A stretch of DNA of 64,000 nucleotides, from positions 249,712-313,711 of the forward strand of contig CANPVM010000001.1 in NCBI GenBank assembly GCA_947581805.1. The letters run 5' to 3'. The position numbers and the translations under genes are program-made. This document shows positions 10,738-20,205 of this stretch, one piece after another. This DNA is from an uncultured Clostridia bacterium (GTDB lineage: Bacteria > Bacillota > Clostridia > TANB77 > CAG-508). The first letter of the stretch is position 1. Every line of letters starts with the position of its first letter. The notes beneath the pieces are model-generated. The model saw nothing but the letters and a program-made list of their open reading frames with translations, was not told where the DNA came from and did not search any database.

Positions 10738-12000
10738 ATGGAGATATATCAAAAATTATTAAAGAAAAAGCAAGCAGGTGAAAAAATAGAATTAAGTAAT
10801 TTAACAAAAGATGAGCTTTATTTTATTTATATAGAAGAAGGTCATATTGTTAAGGATATTGCAAATTTATTTAACACATCGCAAAACGAAATAAATAAGT
10901 TAAGAAATAAGTGGAATATAAAGGTAACCCAAGAATTCATGACAGATCGTGAAACAATGAAATATGTTTATGAAAAATTTGGAAGCGGTTATGAGTATGA
11001 TTATCATTTATATTTATTAAAAGAACATATGGGACTTCCTACATTCGAAGACTTATTTATTCCATCTTTAATGCTGTTAAAAGATGAAAAAGTTCATAAT
11101 ATAAAAGAATTTTGGCATTTGACAGATAAAAACTATAAAATAAGCGAAGCAGAATTACAATATTGTGTATCATATGAAAATCCAACGTTATTTTATAGAG
11201 CTGATTGGTGTTTAGAAGCTATGTTAAAAGCAAACTTAGTAGAAGAAATCGCCTTTCGAGAATATAAAATAACGAAGCAAGGAGAAAAATTTTTAGAAGA
11301 CTGTATTAAAGAAGAAGTCAATCAATTTGGCTTAGGATATTTATTAAAGAAGTGCTCTAATTCTAATTTATCTTTATCAAATAATGTAAAAGAAACACAA
11401 CAAAAAACAAAAAAGGAAGAAAGTATTGTAAGTTCTAAGGTAGAAGAAACAAAAGAGGAACAAGAAAAAACAATCAAAGAGCAAGTTTCTAACTTAAAAC
11501 AAATTGATTATGTAGAAAATATAACAAAGAAGAAATCTTCAAGTAAAAGTACAAATAAATCAAAAGCAGTAAAAACTAATTTTACAAAAATGAATGAAAT
11601 AAAAACAGACTTTGGAAAAAAATGTGAAAGAATTATTTACGAACATGAAAAAGAAAGACTAAGGCAAGAAGGACAAGCAGAAAAAGCAGAACAAGTAATT
11701 TGGGCTTCCGAAGAAAAAGGAGACGGATTAGGTTATGATATTGAATCCTTTAAAAAAATAAATGGCAAATATGAAAAAATATACATTGAAGTAAAAGGAA
11801 CCGATAAAGATTGTTCAGAACCATTTGATGTTAGTATTAATGAAGTGATGGTATCAGAACAATTAAAAAATTCTTATTATATATATCGTATTGCAAAAGC
11901 AAATACAAAGAAACCTATTTTTTATAAAGTAAAGGGAAGCATAGCAGAAAACTTTGATTTAACAGCAATTAAATTTAGAGCTTCTAGGAGGAGTAAATGA
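10738..12000 (+). CDS. DUF3883 (NO VEIN C-terminal-like, restriction-endonuclease-fold) domain protein with N-terminal HTH-like module
   Basis: 4-nt gap after gene 1. C-terminal 'GKKCERIIYEHEKERL...VIWASEEKGDGLGYDIESF...IYIEVKGTD...SINEVMVSEQLKNSYYIYRI' matches NOV_C/DUF3883 pattern (GE..E..L...V.WVS...GYDI.S...IEVK.T...S.NE...A...Y.IYRV); Lys/Ser-rich linker. Confidence 0.7.
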   Translation: MEIYQKLLKKKQAGEKIELSNLTKDELYFIYIEEGHIVKDIANLFNTSQNEINKLRNKWNIKVTQEFMTDRETMKYVYEKFGSGYEYDYHLYLLKEHMGLPTFEDLFIPSLMLLKDEKVHNIKEFWHLTDKNYKISEAELQYCVSYENPTLFYRADWCLEAMLKANLVEEIAFREYKITKQGEKFLEDCIKEEVNQFGLGYLLKKCSNSNLSLSNNVKETQQKTKKEESIVSSKVEETKEEQEKTIKEQVSNLKQIDYVENITKKKSSSKSTNKSKAVKTNFTKMNEIKTDFGKKCERIIYEHEKERLRQEGQAEKAEQVIWASEEKGDGLGYDIESFKKINGKYEKIYIEVKGTDKDCSEPFDVSINEVMVSEQLKNSYYIYRIAKANTKKPIFYKVKGSIAENFDLTAIKFRASRRSK

Positions 12001-13013
12001 AAAAATTTGAAAATCATTATCATGAACCATTAAATTATTTGAGAGAACAAAATATAGAATCTCCAACATGGTATGAAATTAGAGATAATTTATTAGAATG
12101 GTATATACAAGACTTTGCAGGAGACAGCATAGGAATGGATATGCTAGTAGAATATGTAAGAAAGCAAAAGAAAATAGAGAGCAATACCTTTTTTGAAAAT
12201 ATGGTAAATTCAGTATTATTCCCTAAACTTTCTAAAAAAGATAAAAAAGAAGTTTATCAAATAGCAAAAAATACTTTTATGGATGGACTATTTTATTTTG
12301 AAGAATCTTACCTATTAAATTTAGTAGAAAAAGAATCTTTAGAAAAATATATTGAAAATAATATATTAATACAAGACGAGGAAAAACTTAGATTTCAAAA
12401 TATATTACTTCAGTCTTATTTAGCTGCTTGTAAAATTTATGAAGAAAAAATAGAAATAAATGATTCTGTATTTCAAAAATGGTTAGACGAAGATGGATAT
12501 GAATATTTGAATCATCAAATTGAGATTTTTTATATATTTTCTATGATTCATTTGGAACTATTTAACCAGCAATATTTAAAACCAAAAATAGAAAAATTTT
12601 TATCAAAAATAGATACAAAAAACGATTTTACCATTGCACAATCAATCATAGATATGTATGAAATTGCAGAAGAGTTTGGAGAAGAATATCCAAGGCTTTT
12701 TCTTTCAACAGAGGAAGATTATTGCTTTATTAAATTTTTAGGGTTAGACATAGAAGGAGATATTATAGAACACGATTATGAGCCATATGAAAGTATGTTA
12801 AATATTAGATATACTGACGAAAATGGCATCATGAAAATTGATTATACGAAGATGAAAGAAGATAAATTTTTAATGAAATGGCTAGATGAAGATGGAACTA
12901 TAGAAAAGTTAGTAGAAGATTATAAAATTTTAAAGAGAATATTGAAAAAAATGCAAAAGGAATTAGATAAAGATTATTGTGATGATTGGGAGATAAAGGG
13001 ATTGGTTAGATAA
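11997..13013 (+). CDS. hypothetical protein, island operon gene 3 (338 aa)
   Basis: ATGA start/stop overlap with gene 2 indicates translational coupling; no recognisable motif. Confidence 0.55.
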   Translation: MKKFENHYHEPLNYLREQNIESPTWYEIRDNLLEWYIQDFAGDSIGMDMLVEYVRKQKKIESNTFFENMVNSVLFPKLSKKDKKEVYQIAKNTFMDGLFYFEESYLLNLVEKESLEKYIENNILIQDEEKLRFQNILLQSYLAACKIYEEKIEINDSVFQKWLDEDGYEYLNHQIEIFYIFSMIHLELFNQQYLKPKIEKFLSKIDTKNDFTIAQSIIDMYEIAEEFGEEYPRLFLSTEEDYCFIKFLGLDIEGDIIEHDYEPYESMLNIRYTDENGIMKIDYTKMKEDKFLMKWLDEDGTIEKLVEDYKILKRILKKMQKELDKDYCDDWEIKGLVR

Positions 13014-13164
13014 TGGTTTAACATATTTATGAAGGTAAATAAAAATAAAGTGCAGGAATTGAACTTTAAGTGTTGATAGAAATTAATAAAACAAATTTTA
13101 TTGTAAACAAAAATCATTTATGGTAGAATATTATCAAATATTATAATTAATAGGAGAAAATATT

Positions 13165-13482
13165 ATGGAAGAATTAATGAAAGAAATAAAACAATTTAAC
13201 GAAGAAAGAGATTGGGATAAGTTTCACTCACCAGAAAATTTAGCTAAATCAATATCAATAGAGGCAGGAGAACTTTTAGAATGTTTTCAATGGGATAGTA
13301 TAAATTATAATAAAGATGAAGTTTGTGAAGAACTTGCAGATGTATTTACATATTGTATTCAAATGGCCATGAAATTGGATGTAAATCCAAAAGAAATTAT
13401 TTTAAATAAACTAGAAAAAACAAAGAAAAAGTATCCAGTAGAAAAAGCAAAAGGAGTAAGTACGAAATATAATAAATTATAA
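13165..13482 (+). CDS. MazG-like nucleotide pyrophosphohydrolase (small all-alpha NTP-PPase, YpjD-like)
   Basis: 'EERDWDKFHSPENLAKSISIEAGELLECFQW' and 'CEELADVFTYCIQMA' give the ExxE...ExxD metal-binding pattern of the MazG/HisE-like fold; RBS taggag. Confidence 0.65.
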   Translation: MEELMKEIKQFNEERDWDKFHSPENLAKSISIEAGELLECFQWDSINYNKDEVCEELADVFTYCIQMAMKLDVNPKEIILNKLEKTKKKYPVEKAKGVSTKYNKL

Positions 13483-13501
13483 AGTATAGGGAGAAACTAA
13501 T

Positions 13502-14293
13502 ATGTTAAATGAATTTAATATAGATATTTTTGATTTTATTTTTTCATCAAATATAGAATTAAAAAATGGAGAAAAAAATTCAAATGACTTATGTCAAGAA
13601 CTTGATAAAAAAATAAGTGAAATATGTAAACAGTATGATTTTTGGAATGAATACAAATATTATTTTAATGATAACTGTGTTATTGATGCAAGTACTTTAA
13701 GTGAGTATCAATATATTTATAATGGCTTTCCAAAATTAAAAATTGCAACTAAAAAAGAATATTTCGAATATAAAAAGAATCAAATAAAAGAAAGTATAAA
13801 TAATAATGGCGAATTTGAATGCGAAGAATTTAAAAAGATTACTAAAGGTATATGCAACGAAGGCAAAAAAGAAATCTTAGATTATTGTGAAGTTGTAGGG
13901 ATAATAAAATATAAAGGAAAAGTCTTTATAGCTGCAGGTGATAGTCCTGTATATGCTATAAGATATGATAATATATCGGCTATATTATATAAAGAAGATG
14001 AAGTAAAAAGTTTAAGGGCTGAAAATATGATAATAGTTCAGGGAAATGGTAATTACATTAGTGAAATTAAACAAAATAGTAGTTCATATGATGAAGAATT
14101 TTTTGAAACCGTTATGAGTAAATTGCAATTATTAATACAAGAAGGAGTTACAAAAGATAAAGTAGAATTAATTGAAGAAGCCTGTAAAGAGAAAAATAAA
14201 AATAAAGTGGTAGGTTTTTTAAAAGATGTTGCTTCAGGGACAATAAGTAGTTTGATAGCAACAGGAATATTATGTAAATTTGGAATAAAATAG
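13502..14293 (+). CDS. hypothetical protein (263 aa)
   Basis: ORF with RBS agggag; Cys-containing, no recognisable motif. Confidence 0.45.
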   Translation: MLNEFNIDIFDFIFSSNIELKNGEKNSNDLCQELDKKISEICKQYDFWNEYKYYFNDNCVIDASTLSEYQYIYNGFPKLKIATKKEYFEYKKNQIKESINNNGEFECEEFKKITKGICNEGKKEILDYCEVVGIIKYKGKVFIAAGDSPVYAIRYDNISAILYKEDEVKSLRAENMIIVQGNGNYISEIKQNSSSYDEEFFETVMSKLQLLIQEGVTKDKVELIEEACKEKNKNKVVGFLKDVASGTISSLIATGILCKFGIK

Positions 14294-14320
14294 TTTTAAA
14301 ATAATATGGGGGCAATTATT

Positions 14321-16276
14321 ATGATAGTATATGACAATGTGAAAAGCGGATTTATCGAAGATTTAAGAAAAGATATATTGATTACAAAAATTGAAGAAAA
14401 TTTTAAACAAAAAATAGGTGGAGTTAAAACAGGGGAAAAAACAGCTTGGGAAAATTCTTTAAATAGAGTTGTTAAAATAATAAATAATAAAGATATTCCA
14501 GAAGATGCAGGAATTGCTGTGGAATATAAAGTACCAGAGACAGATCGTAGAATTGATTTTATGATTTCAGGATATAGCGAAGAAGGAAAAGGTGTAATAA
14601 TAATCATTGAACTAAAGCAATGGAGTAAGGTTGATGCAGTGCCTAATAGTTTGTTAGTAAGAGCTTTGGTTAGTAAAAATAATGTTAAAGAAACATCACA
14701 TCCTTCAAGACAAGCATTAAACTACGCTGGCTATTTAAGTAATTTAATTGAGCCAGTCATAAAAAATAAAATCATATTACATCCCTGCTCATATTTACAT
14801 AATTATACTATAAAAGAAAATGATCCATTACTGGATGATAAATTTGATGCACTATTTAAACAATCACCTGTTTTTACAATGGATAATGAAGATGAACTTA
14901 GAGATTTCATCAAAAAATATATTAAAAAGGGAGATAGAGAAAAAGTTTTATTTGAACTTGACAATGGAAATATAGTACCCTCAATAAGATTGCAAGATGA
15001 TATTGCAAATATGATAGAGGGGAAAAAGCAATTTTATTTATTAGAGACACAACAAGATGTATATGAAAAGGCATTAAATATGGCAGAAGAGACATTTAAA
15101 ACTAATGAAAAACATGTATTAATAGTAAAGGGAGGACCAGGTACTGGAAAATCAGCTGTAGCAATACAATTATTTGCAGAATTATACCAAAGAAAAATAA
15201 TTGCACATTATACAACAATGAATGGGGCTCCAAGAAATGTATATTTCAAAGAATTAAAAAATACAGAAGATCAAGAATATATAAGAAATTTATTTACTGG
15301 AGCATATTCATATGATGTTGCAAAAACTAATGAGATTCCTGTTATCATAGTAGATGAAGCACACAGATTAAAACAACAAACATATGTAGGAAGAGTTAGA
15401 GGAAATAATCAAATTAGAGAAATAATAAATGCAGCTAATTTTTCTATATTTTTCATTGATGAAGACCAAATGGTTACTGATAATGATATAGGAACTATAG
15501 AGGAAATTAAAAGATGTTGTGACATTAATGGAGTAAAAACTGTTAATATAGAACAAATGGAATTAGAGAGCCAATTTAGATGTAAAGGATCTACTAGCTA
15601 CATTGCATGGTTGGATAATGTTTTACAAATAAGAAAGACTGCAAACAATATATTAGATACAAAGGAATATGAGTTTAAAGTAGTAGACACACCTGATGAA
15701 TTAGATAAACTAATAACTGAAAGAAATGGTGAAAATAAATCTAGACTTGTTGCGGGATATTATAAAGAATGGATTTCTAGAAACGATTCTACAAAATTTG
15801 ACTTTGAATTATCAGAAACATTTAGAAAAAAGTGGAATTTAGCTAAAAGAAAGACTTGGGCAATTGATAAAGATTCTATAAATGAGATTGGATGTATACA
15901 TACCTGTCAAGGCTTGGAGTTTGATTATATAGGGGTTATAATTGGAACAGATTTAAGGTATAAAAATGGTAAAGTTATAACATATTTAACCCAAAATGCA
16001 GATTCAGATAAAACATCATTAGTACATACAAAGGCTTTGTACAAAAAAAATCCAGAAAAAGCAAAAAAAATAGCAGACAGAATTATAAAAAATACATATA
16101 AGGTACTAATGACACGAGGATTAAGAGGATGTTACATTTATTGTGAAGACAAGCCTTTAGCAGAATATATTAAAGGGAAAATAAAATCAATTGATGATTA
16201 CCAATATAAAGTTGAAGAAGAACAAGTAGAATACTTACAGGTAGCTGAAGAAAGTGAAGAATATAAATATGAATAA
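14321..16276 (+). CDS. DUF2075-family protein: N-terminal PD-(D/E)xK nuclease-like domain + SF1-type P-loop ATPase/helicase-like domain
   Basis: 'RRIDFMISGY...VIIIIELKQW' gives D...E-L-K; Walker A 'VKGGPGTGKSAV'; Walker B 'VIIVDEAHRL'; UvrD-C-like 'CIHTCQGLEFDYIGVIIG'. Start ambiguous: ATG 14306 or ATG 14321 after GGGGG. Confidence 0.75.
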   Translation: MIVYDNVKSGFIEDLRKDILITKIEENFKQKIGGVKTGEKTAWENSLNRVVKIINNKDIPEDAGIAVEYKVPETDRRIDFMISGYSEEGKGVIIIIELKQWSKVDAVPNSLLVRALVSKNNVKETSHPSRQALNYAGYLSNLIEPVIKNKIILHPCSYLHNYTIKENDPLLDDKFDALFKQSPVFTMDNEDELRDFIKKYIKKGDREKVLFELDNGNIVPSIRLQDDIANMIEGKKQFYLLETQQDVYEKALNMAEETFKTNEKHVLIVKGGPGTGKSAVAIQLFAELYQRKIIAHYTTMNGAPRNVYFKELKNTEDQEYIRNLFTGAYSYDVAKTNEIPVIIVDEAHRLKQQTYVGRVRGNNQIREIINAANFSIFFIDEDQMVTDNDIGTIEEIKRCCDINGVKTVNIEQMELESQFRCKGSTSYIAWLDNVLQIRKTANNILDTKEYEFKVVDTPDELDKLITERNGENKSRLVAGYYKEWISRNDSTKFDFELSETFRKKWNLAKRKTWAIDKDSINEIGCIHTCQGLEFDYIGVIIGTDLRYKNGKVITYLTQNADSDKTSLVHTKALYKKNPEKAKKIADRIIKNTYKVLMTRGLRGCYIYCEDKPLAEYIKGKIKSIDDYQYKVEEEQVEYLQVAEESEEYKYE

Positions 16277-16295
16277 AGACAGAAAGGGAAATAGT

Positions 16296-16673
16296 ATGAA
16301 TAAAATAAACAAGATATTAATTTATGTTTTAATTGCATTAATTTCAGGGGTCACTGGCTTTATAATTGGAATTAATATAAATACTAATGTGCAAAATGAT
16401 AAAGAACTTGTTGGAACATATAAAACAAATACTTGGAATGATAAAGAAGAAATTATTGCACTTCAAAAAGATAAAACGATGATATGCCCAAATGGTAGTG
16501 GAACATGGTCATTAGAAGACGGAAAACTTTATATTGAATATGATTACGAAATTTCGACAATTAGTGAAACAGGAGAACAAGAATATAAAAAATCACATGA
16601 AAAACAAGAGGTCATGATTGTTGAAGGTGGATTGATGCTTAGTGGAAATTTCTTTGAAAAAATCAACAAATAA
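16296..16673 (+). CDS. small membrane-anchored protein (125 aa)
   Basis: ATG 16296 with RBS aagggaaa; N-terminal TM 'ILIYVLIALISGVTGFIIGI'; ORF-track start 16254 overlaps upstream gene. Confidence 0.45.
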   Translation: MNKINKILIYVLIALISGVTGFIIGININTNVQNDKELVGTYKTNTWNDKEEIIALQKDKTMICPNGSGTWSLEDGKLYIEYDYEISTISETGEQEYKKSHEKQEVMIVEGGLMLSGNFFEKINK

Positions 16674-17268
16674 GAAATATAGGTAAGCGTTTTATAGTAA
16701 TTTATTGTTACAATTTAGTTTTATAACAAATTTTAATAAGAATTGCTTGTGGCAACGGAAAGTTTAGCATATAATCTTTTTTAAAAGTATGTATTTAATA
16801 TATTAAAAGATAATATTAAATCAATTAGAAAATCAAAAGAGCTTTCACAAGAAAAATGAACTGTTAAATTAAATGTTGTTAGATAAACAATATTTAAATG
16901 AGAGTAAGGATTATATATTCTGAATTCTGAATTGCTAGTTTCATTATCTGAAGCACTAGACACATATGTAAGTACGCTGCTTGGAAAAAATATTCATGAA
17001 GAAAGAGCAGATAATTTAAAAAAATTGTTGAAAAACTAAAAATAATAAATTCACAATATCTAGGGGAAAATAAAGAGTGTGATAAGCCAAAAGTGGGATT
17101 CATACTCTTAAATTTTGTGTCAAATGTAATTAAATAGTGCAAAATATAAAATAAATAACCTAATAAATATTTTATACATTATGAAAAAAGTATTGACTTA
17201 TATATGTATTCATGGTACAATAAAAATGCCATCAAAAAATGGCACATCAATAAAGGAGATGGCATATA

Positions 17269-17625
17269 ATGGATACTATAGGAGGTCAAATACAAAGTCA
17301 GAATTTACTGAAAATTAAAAAAATTGTAGATAAAGATAATAATGGAGATAAATTCATTATTATCAGGACTGAAAAAAATAAAGAGTTTATGAGGGAGTAT
17401 AACTTAAATCGAGAAGACATTAAAGATATTATAAGAAGACTCTCAGTAGATGATTGCTTCGCTGGTCCAGAGAAAGACAGAAATCCACAATATGAAGGGT
17501 GGATATTTAAATTTAATCCTTTATTCGAAGACACTAAGCTTTATATTAAGATTAGAGTTGAGAGTACGGAAAAATCAGTTTGTTTGTCAGTACATGAATT
17601 TGGTAAATATGATGAGGTGAATTAA
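17269..17625 (+). CDS. MqsR-like toxin (putative RNase toxin of a type II TA pair)
   Basis: 118 aa; 'DIKDIIRRLSVDDCFAGPEKDRN...GWIFKF...LYIKIRV...VCLSVHEF' parallels MqsR 'CNVIIGLSESDFYKSM...WQDVYRP...VYLKITV...LIVSFKEK'; 1-nt gap to Zn-finger/HTH partner, same order as mqsRA. Confidence 0.55.
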   Translation: MDTIGGQIQSQNLLKIKKIVDKDNNGDKFIIIRTEKNKEFMREYNLNREDIKDIIRRLSVDDCFAGPEKDRNPQYEGWIFKFNPLFEDTKLYIKIRVESTEKSVCLSVHEFGKYDEVN

Positions 17626-17626
17626 A

Positions 17627-18643
17627 ATGAGAGAATATTGTCCATATTGTAAAAAAGAAGTAGATTATAAAATAGAAAAAAGGGACGTAAAAGAATTTAG
17701 AGGAATAGAAATAAATACCTATGAAAATGTAGCTGTATGCAAAGAATGCCATCAAGATTTATATGTAAATGAAATTGAAGAAAAGAATAATGAAAGAATA
17801 TATGAACTCTATAGAAAAAAAGCAAACATAATAAAACCACAAGATATAGTTAATTTAAGAAAAAAATATGATATATCACAAAGAGAATTAACGGCTATTC
17901 TTGGATTTGGAAAAATGACTATTAATAGATATGAAAGAGGCGGAGTTCCAACAAAATCTCAAAGTGATTATATAAGATTATTGATTGATAATGATAATAA
18001 GTTTGTAGAAAAAGTAAAAGAAGCATACAAAAATGGTAGTATTAATGATAAAACATACGAAAAAATAGTGGCTCAAGAATTAAATATTAGTGTTAATAAA
18101 GAAGAAATTCAAGATAATATAAGAAGATATTTAAAATATGCATTAAGTAGGAAACCTGATATATATAACGGTTATAAATCATTAGATATAGAAAAAGTTG
18201 AAAATATTATATCTTATATTGCTAGCAAAGTAAAAAATCTAACTATTACTAGTTTAAATAAATATTTATGGTTTATAGATATATTATCTTTTAATCAAAG
18301 AAGTGTATCTATTACTGGTTTAACATATCAAAATCAAAAATTTGGACCTACCATAATAGATAAGAAATATGATGAAATATCATTATTAGATGATAAATAT
18401 ATTAGAGAAGATATTGAAACTGAAAATGGTAATACAACAAAAATTATAAGTAATGGTAATTATAATTTAGACAAAATAAGTGATACTGAAAAAGAAATAA
18501 TTGATATAATAATAAAAATACTAAAGAATAAAACTGTGACAGAGATATCTGAATTGTCACATAGAGAGGAAGGATGGAAAAAAACTAAAAGATTTGAAAA
18601 GATACCATTTGATTATTCTATGAATTTAAATATAATTAAATAA
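17627..18643 (+). CDS. MqsA-like antitoxin: N-terminal CxxC...CxxC zinc finger + XRE-type HTH, fused to C-terminal Panacea (DUF4065) domain
   Basis: 'CPYCKK...CKEC' zinc ribbon; HTH 'ISQRELTAILGFGKMTINRYERG'; C-terminal 'LNKYLWFIDILSFNQRSVSITGLTYQNQKFGPTI' fits DUF4065 core (L.KL.Y.D......ITG..Y.....GP). Confidence 0.65.
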   Translation: MREYCPYCKKEVDYKIEKRDVKEFRGIEINTYENVAVCKECHQDLYVNEIEEKNNERIYELYRKKANIIKPQDIVNLRKKYDISQRELTAILGFGKMTINRYERGGVPTKSQSDYIRLLIDNDNKFVEKVKEAYKNGSINDKTYEKIVAQELNISVNKEEIQDNIRRYLKYALSRKPDIYNGYKSLDIEKVENIISYIASKVKNLTITSLNKYLWFIDILSFNQRSVSITGLTYQNQKFGPTIIDKKYDEISLLDDKYIREDIETENGNTTKIISNGNYNLDKISDTEKEIIDIIIKILKNKTVTEISELSHREEGWKKTKRFEKIPFDYSMNLNIIK

Positions 18644-18711
18644 ATAATCAAAAGCAAAATATTTTAGTTTTTTTACTAAATATTTTGCTTTTTTGTTTTA
18701 AAAGGAGGTAA

Positions 18712-19074
18712 ATGATGTACCAATTAGTAAGTTCATTTAATAGTTTCATAAGAAATGAAATAATAACTAATCCTTTTGAATATATGTTTCAAAATCCAAT
18801 TATAGCAATATTATTTTTTTCTCTATTTGGGAGCAAAGTATTAAACAATATTGCCTATACAATGTGTGGAATATTTTATAAAAGTAGAAGTAATAAGGTT
18901 TTAGGAAGTATTGGTTATATGATTTTTTATTGTATAAATGTACAAGTACTTATAAAACTATGTCAATGGTTTCAAAATATCACTTTAATAATGTTTATAT
19001 ATATGGTATTTGTAATAGTAATGTTTATTGTGTTAAGTAAAGTGAAAAGTGTAATAAAACAAAATATAATATAA
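18712..19074 (+). CDS. small polytopic membrane protein (120 aa)
   Basis: RBS aaggagg; 3-4 hydrophobic helices. Confidence 0.4.
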   Translation: MMYQLVSSFNSFIRNEIITNPFEYMFQNPIIAILFFSLFGSKVLNNIAYTMCGIFYKSRSNKVLGSIGYMIFYCINVQVLIKLCQWFQNITLIMFIYMVFVIVMFIVLSKVKSVIKQNII

Positions 19075-19158
19075 AATATAATGATAGTACAAGGTTCGAC
19101 AGACTTCGACAAAAATAATATGATATACTTTTTATAAAAAAGAGAAGGAGGAATAAAA

Positions 19159-19809
19159 ATGGGTATATCATCATTAATTTTAGGAATTATAGGACTACTT
19201 GTATCACTATCATGGTTTAAAGATTTAAGTTTAATAGTGTCAATTGTTGGATTAGTTTTAGGTATTGTTTCTCTAGTAAAGAAGCAGAATAAAGGACTAA
19301 GCATTGCAGGTATTATATTAACAGTTTTAAGCATAATCATATTATTTGCAACTCCAAGTGAAACTAATATTACATCAACTACTAGCACAGGCGAAGACAA
19401 TATTCAAGAAGCAAAAACATATGGACTAAATGACATAGTTACTATTACTACTAAGTCAGGAGAAAAATATGAAATGCAAATTACAGCTATAAAAGAAATG
19501 TCAGAAAGAAATCAATTTTCAGATATAAATCCAGCACAAGTATTTTTGATAGACTATACATATAAAAATATAATAGGAGAGGACTTATATATATCTGATA
19601 TGAATTTTCAAATCATTGATGAGCAAGGAGAAATGGGAGGTACATATCCTAATACTATAACTAATTATCCACAATCAACGCCAGAAGGGGCTACATGTAG
19701 AGCACAAATGATTTTATATACAAATAATAAAAGTAACTATATTACATTAATTTATAAAGACAATATGTTTAATGATAAAGCTGATTTAAAATTTATTATA
19801 AATATCTAA
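19159..19809 (+). CDS. membrane-anchored protein with DUF4352-like extracytoplasmic domain
   Basis: RBS gaaggagg; two N-terminal TM helices; Thr/Ser linker then beta-rich domain ('YEMQITAIKEM...DLYISDMNFQIIDEQGEMGG'). Confidence 0.4.
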   Translation: MGISSLILGIIGLLVSLSWFKDLSLIVSIVGLVLGIVSLVKKQNKGLSIAGIILTVLSIIILFATPSETNITSTTSTGEDNIQEAKTYGLNDIVTITTKSGEKYEMQITAIKEMSERNQFSDINPAQVFLIDYTYKNIIGEDLYISDMNFQIIDEQGEMGGTYPNTITNYPQSTPEGATCRAQMILYTNNKSNYITLIYKDNMFNDKADLKFIINI

Positions 19810-19816
19810 AGTTAGA

Positions 19817-19852
19817 AAAGAGTATCTTAATAAATAGGATACTCTTTTATTA
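19817..19852 (+). terminator. rho-independent terminator (aagagtatc/gatactctt + T-run)
   Basis: 9-bp inverted repeat then ttttatt right after stop at 19809. Confidence 0.65.
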
Positions 19853-19892
19853 ATCAAAGTATTACAAAATTTCTCAAAATCACTTGTCAAGC

Positions 19893-19910
19893 GCTCATAA
19901 CCCGAAGGTC
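19893..19910 (+). repeat. attR-like 18-bp direct repeat of tRNA-Met anticodon arm (identical to 8767-8784)
   Basis: Exact 18/18 'gctcataacccgaaggtc' in non-coding DNA 11.1 kb downstream of the tRNA. Confidence 0.7.
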
Positions 19911-20205
19911 ATCAGTTTAAGATTTATCCTCGTAACTAGCAAAATAAAAGGTTATATTAATTAACTAAAACCAAATTTTATAATTTATTCCGAAACTACC
20001 ATTATATCCTGAAGGTATAGAAATCTTGTTTTATCTTCAATAATTCTTCCATATTCAATTAATTTAGTATCATATATACACATAATAAATACAATGTATT
20101 TTTAATTAATATTTTCAAAATATAACAAGAATTGACAAGAAAACACAAATTTATATTTTAATAATCAAAAATATATGATAGAATATAACAAAGGAGGAGA
20201 TAGAA

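Larger units (their letters stand above)
8813..19910. mobile_element. tRNA-Met-associated accessory island (~11 kb), integrase-less, bounded by 18-bp direct repeat of tRNA anticodon arm
   Basis: Exact 18-nt 'gctcataacccgaaggtc' at 8767-8784 (inside tRNA) and again at 19893-19910; cargo is defence/TA-like genes of unknown function with no core genes. Confidence 0.6.

Noticed and set aside
16674-17268. Gene-free 600-bp stretch in the island with short antisense ORFs 16781-17142
   Set aside because: The ORFs are short, overlapping and low-complexity, with no convincing start context. The region was kept only as a possible decayed-gene remnant in a finding, not as a feature.
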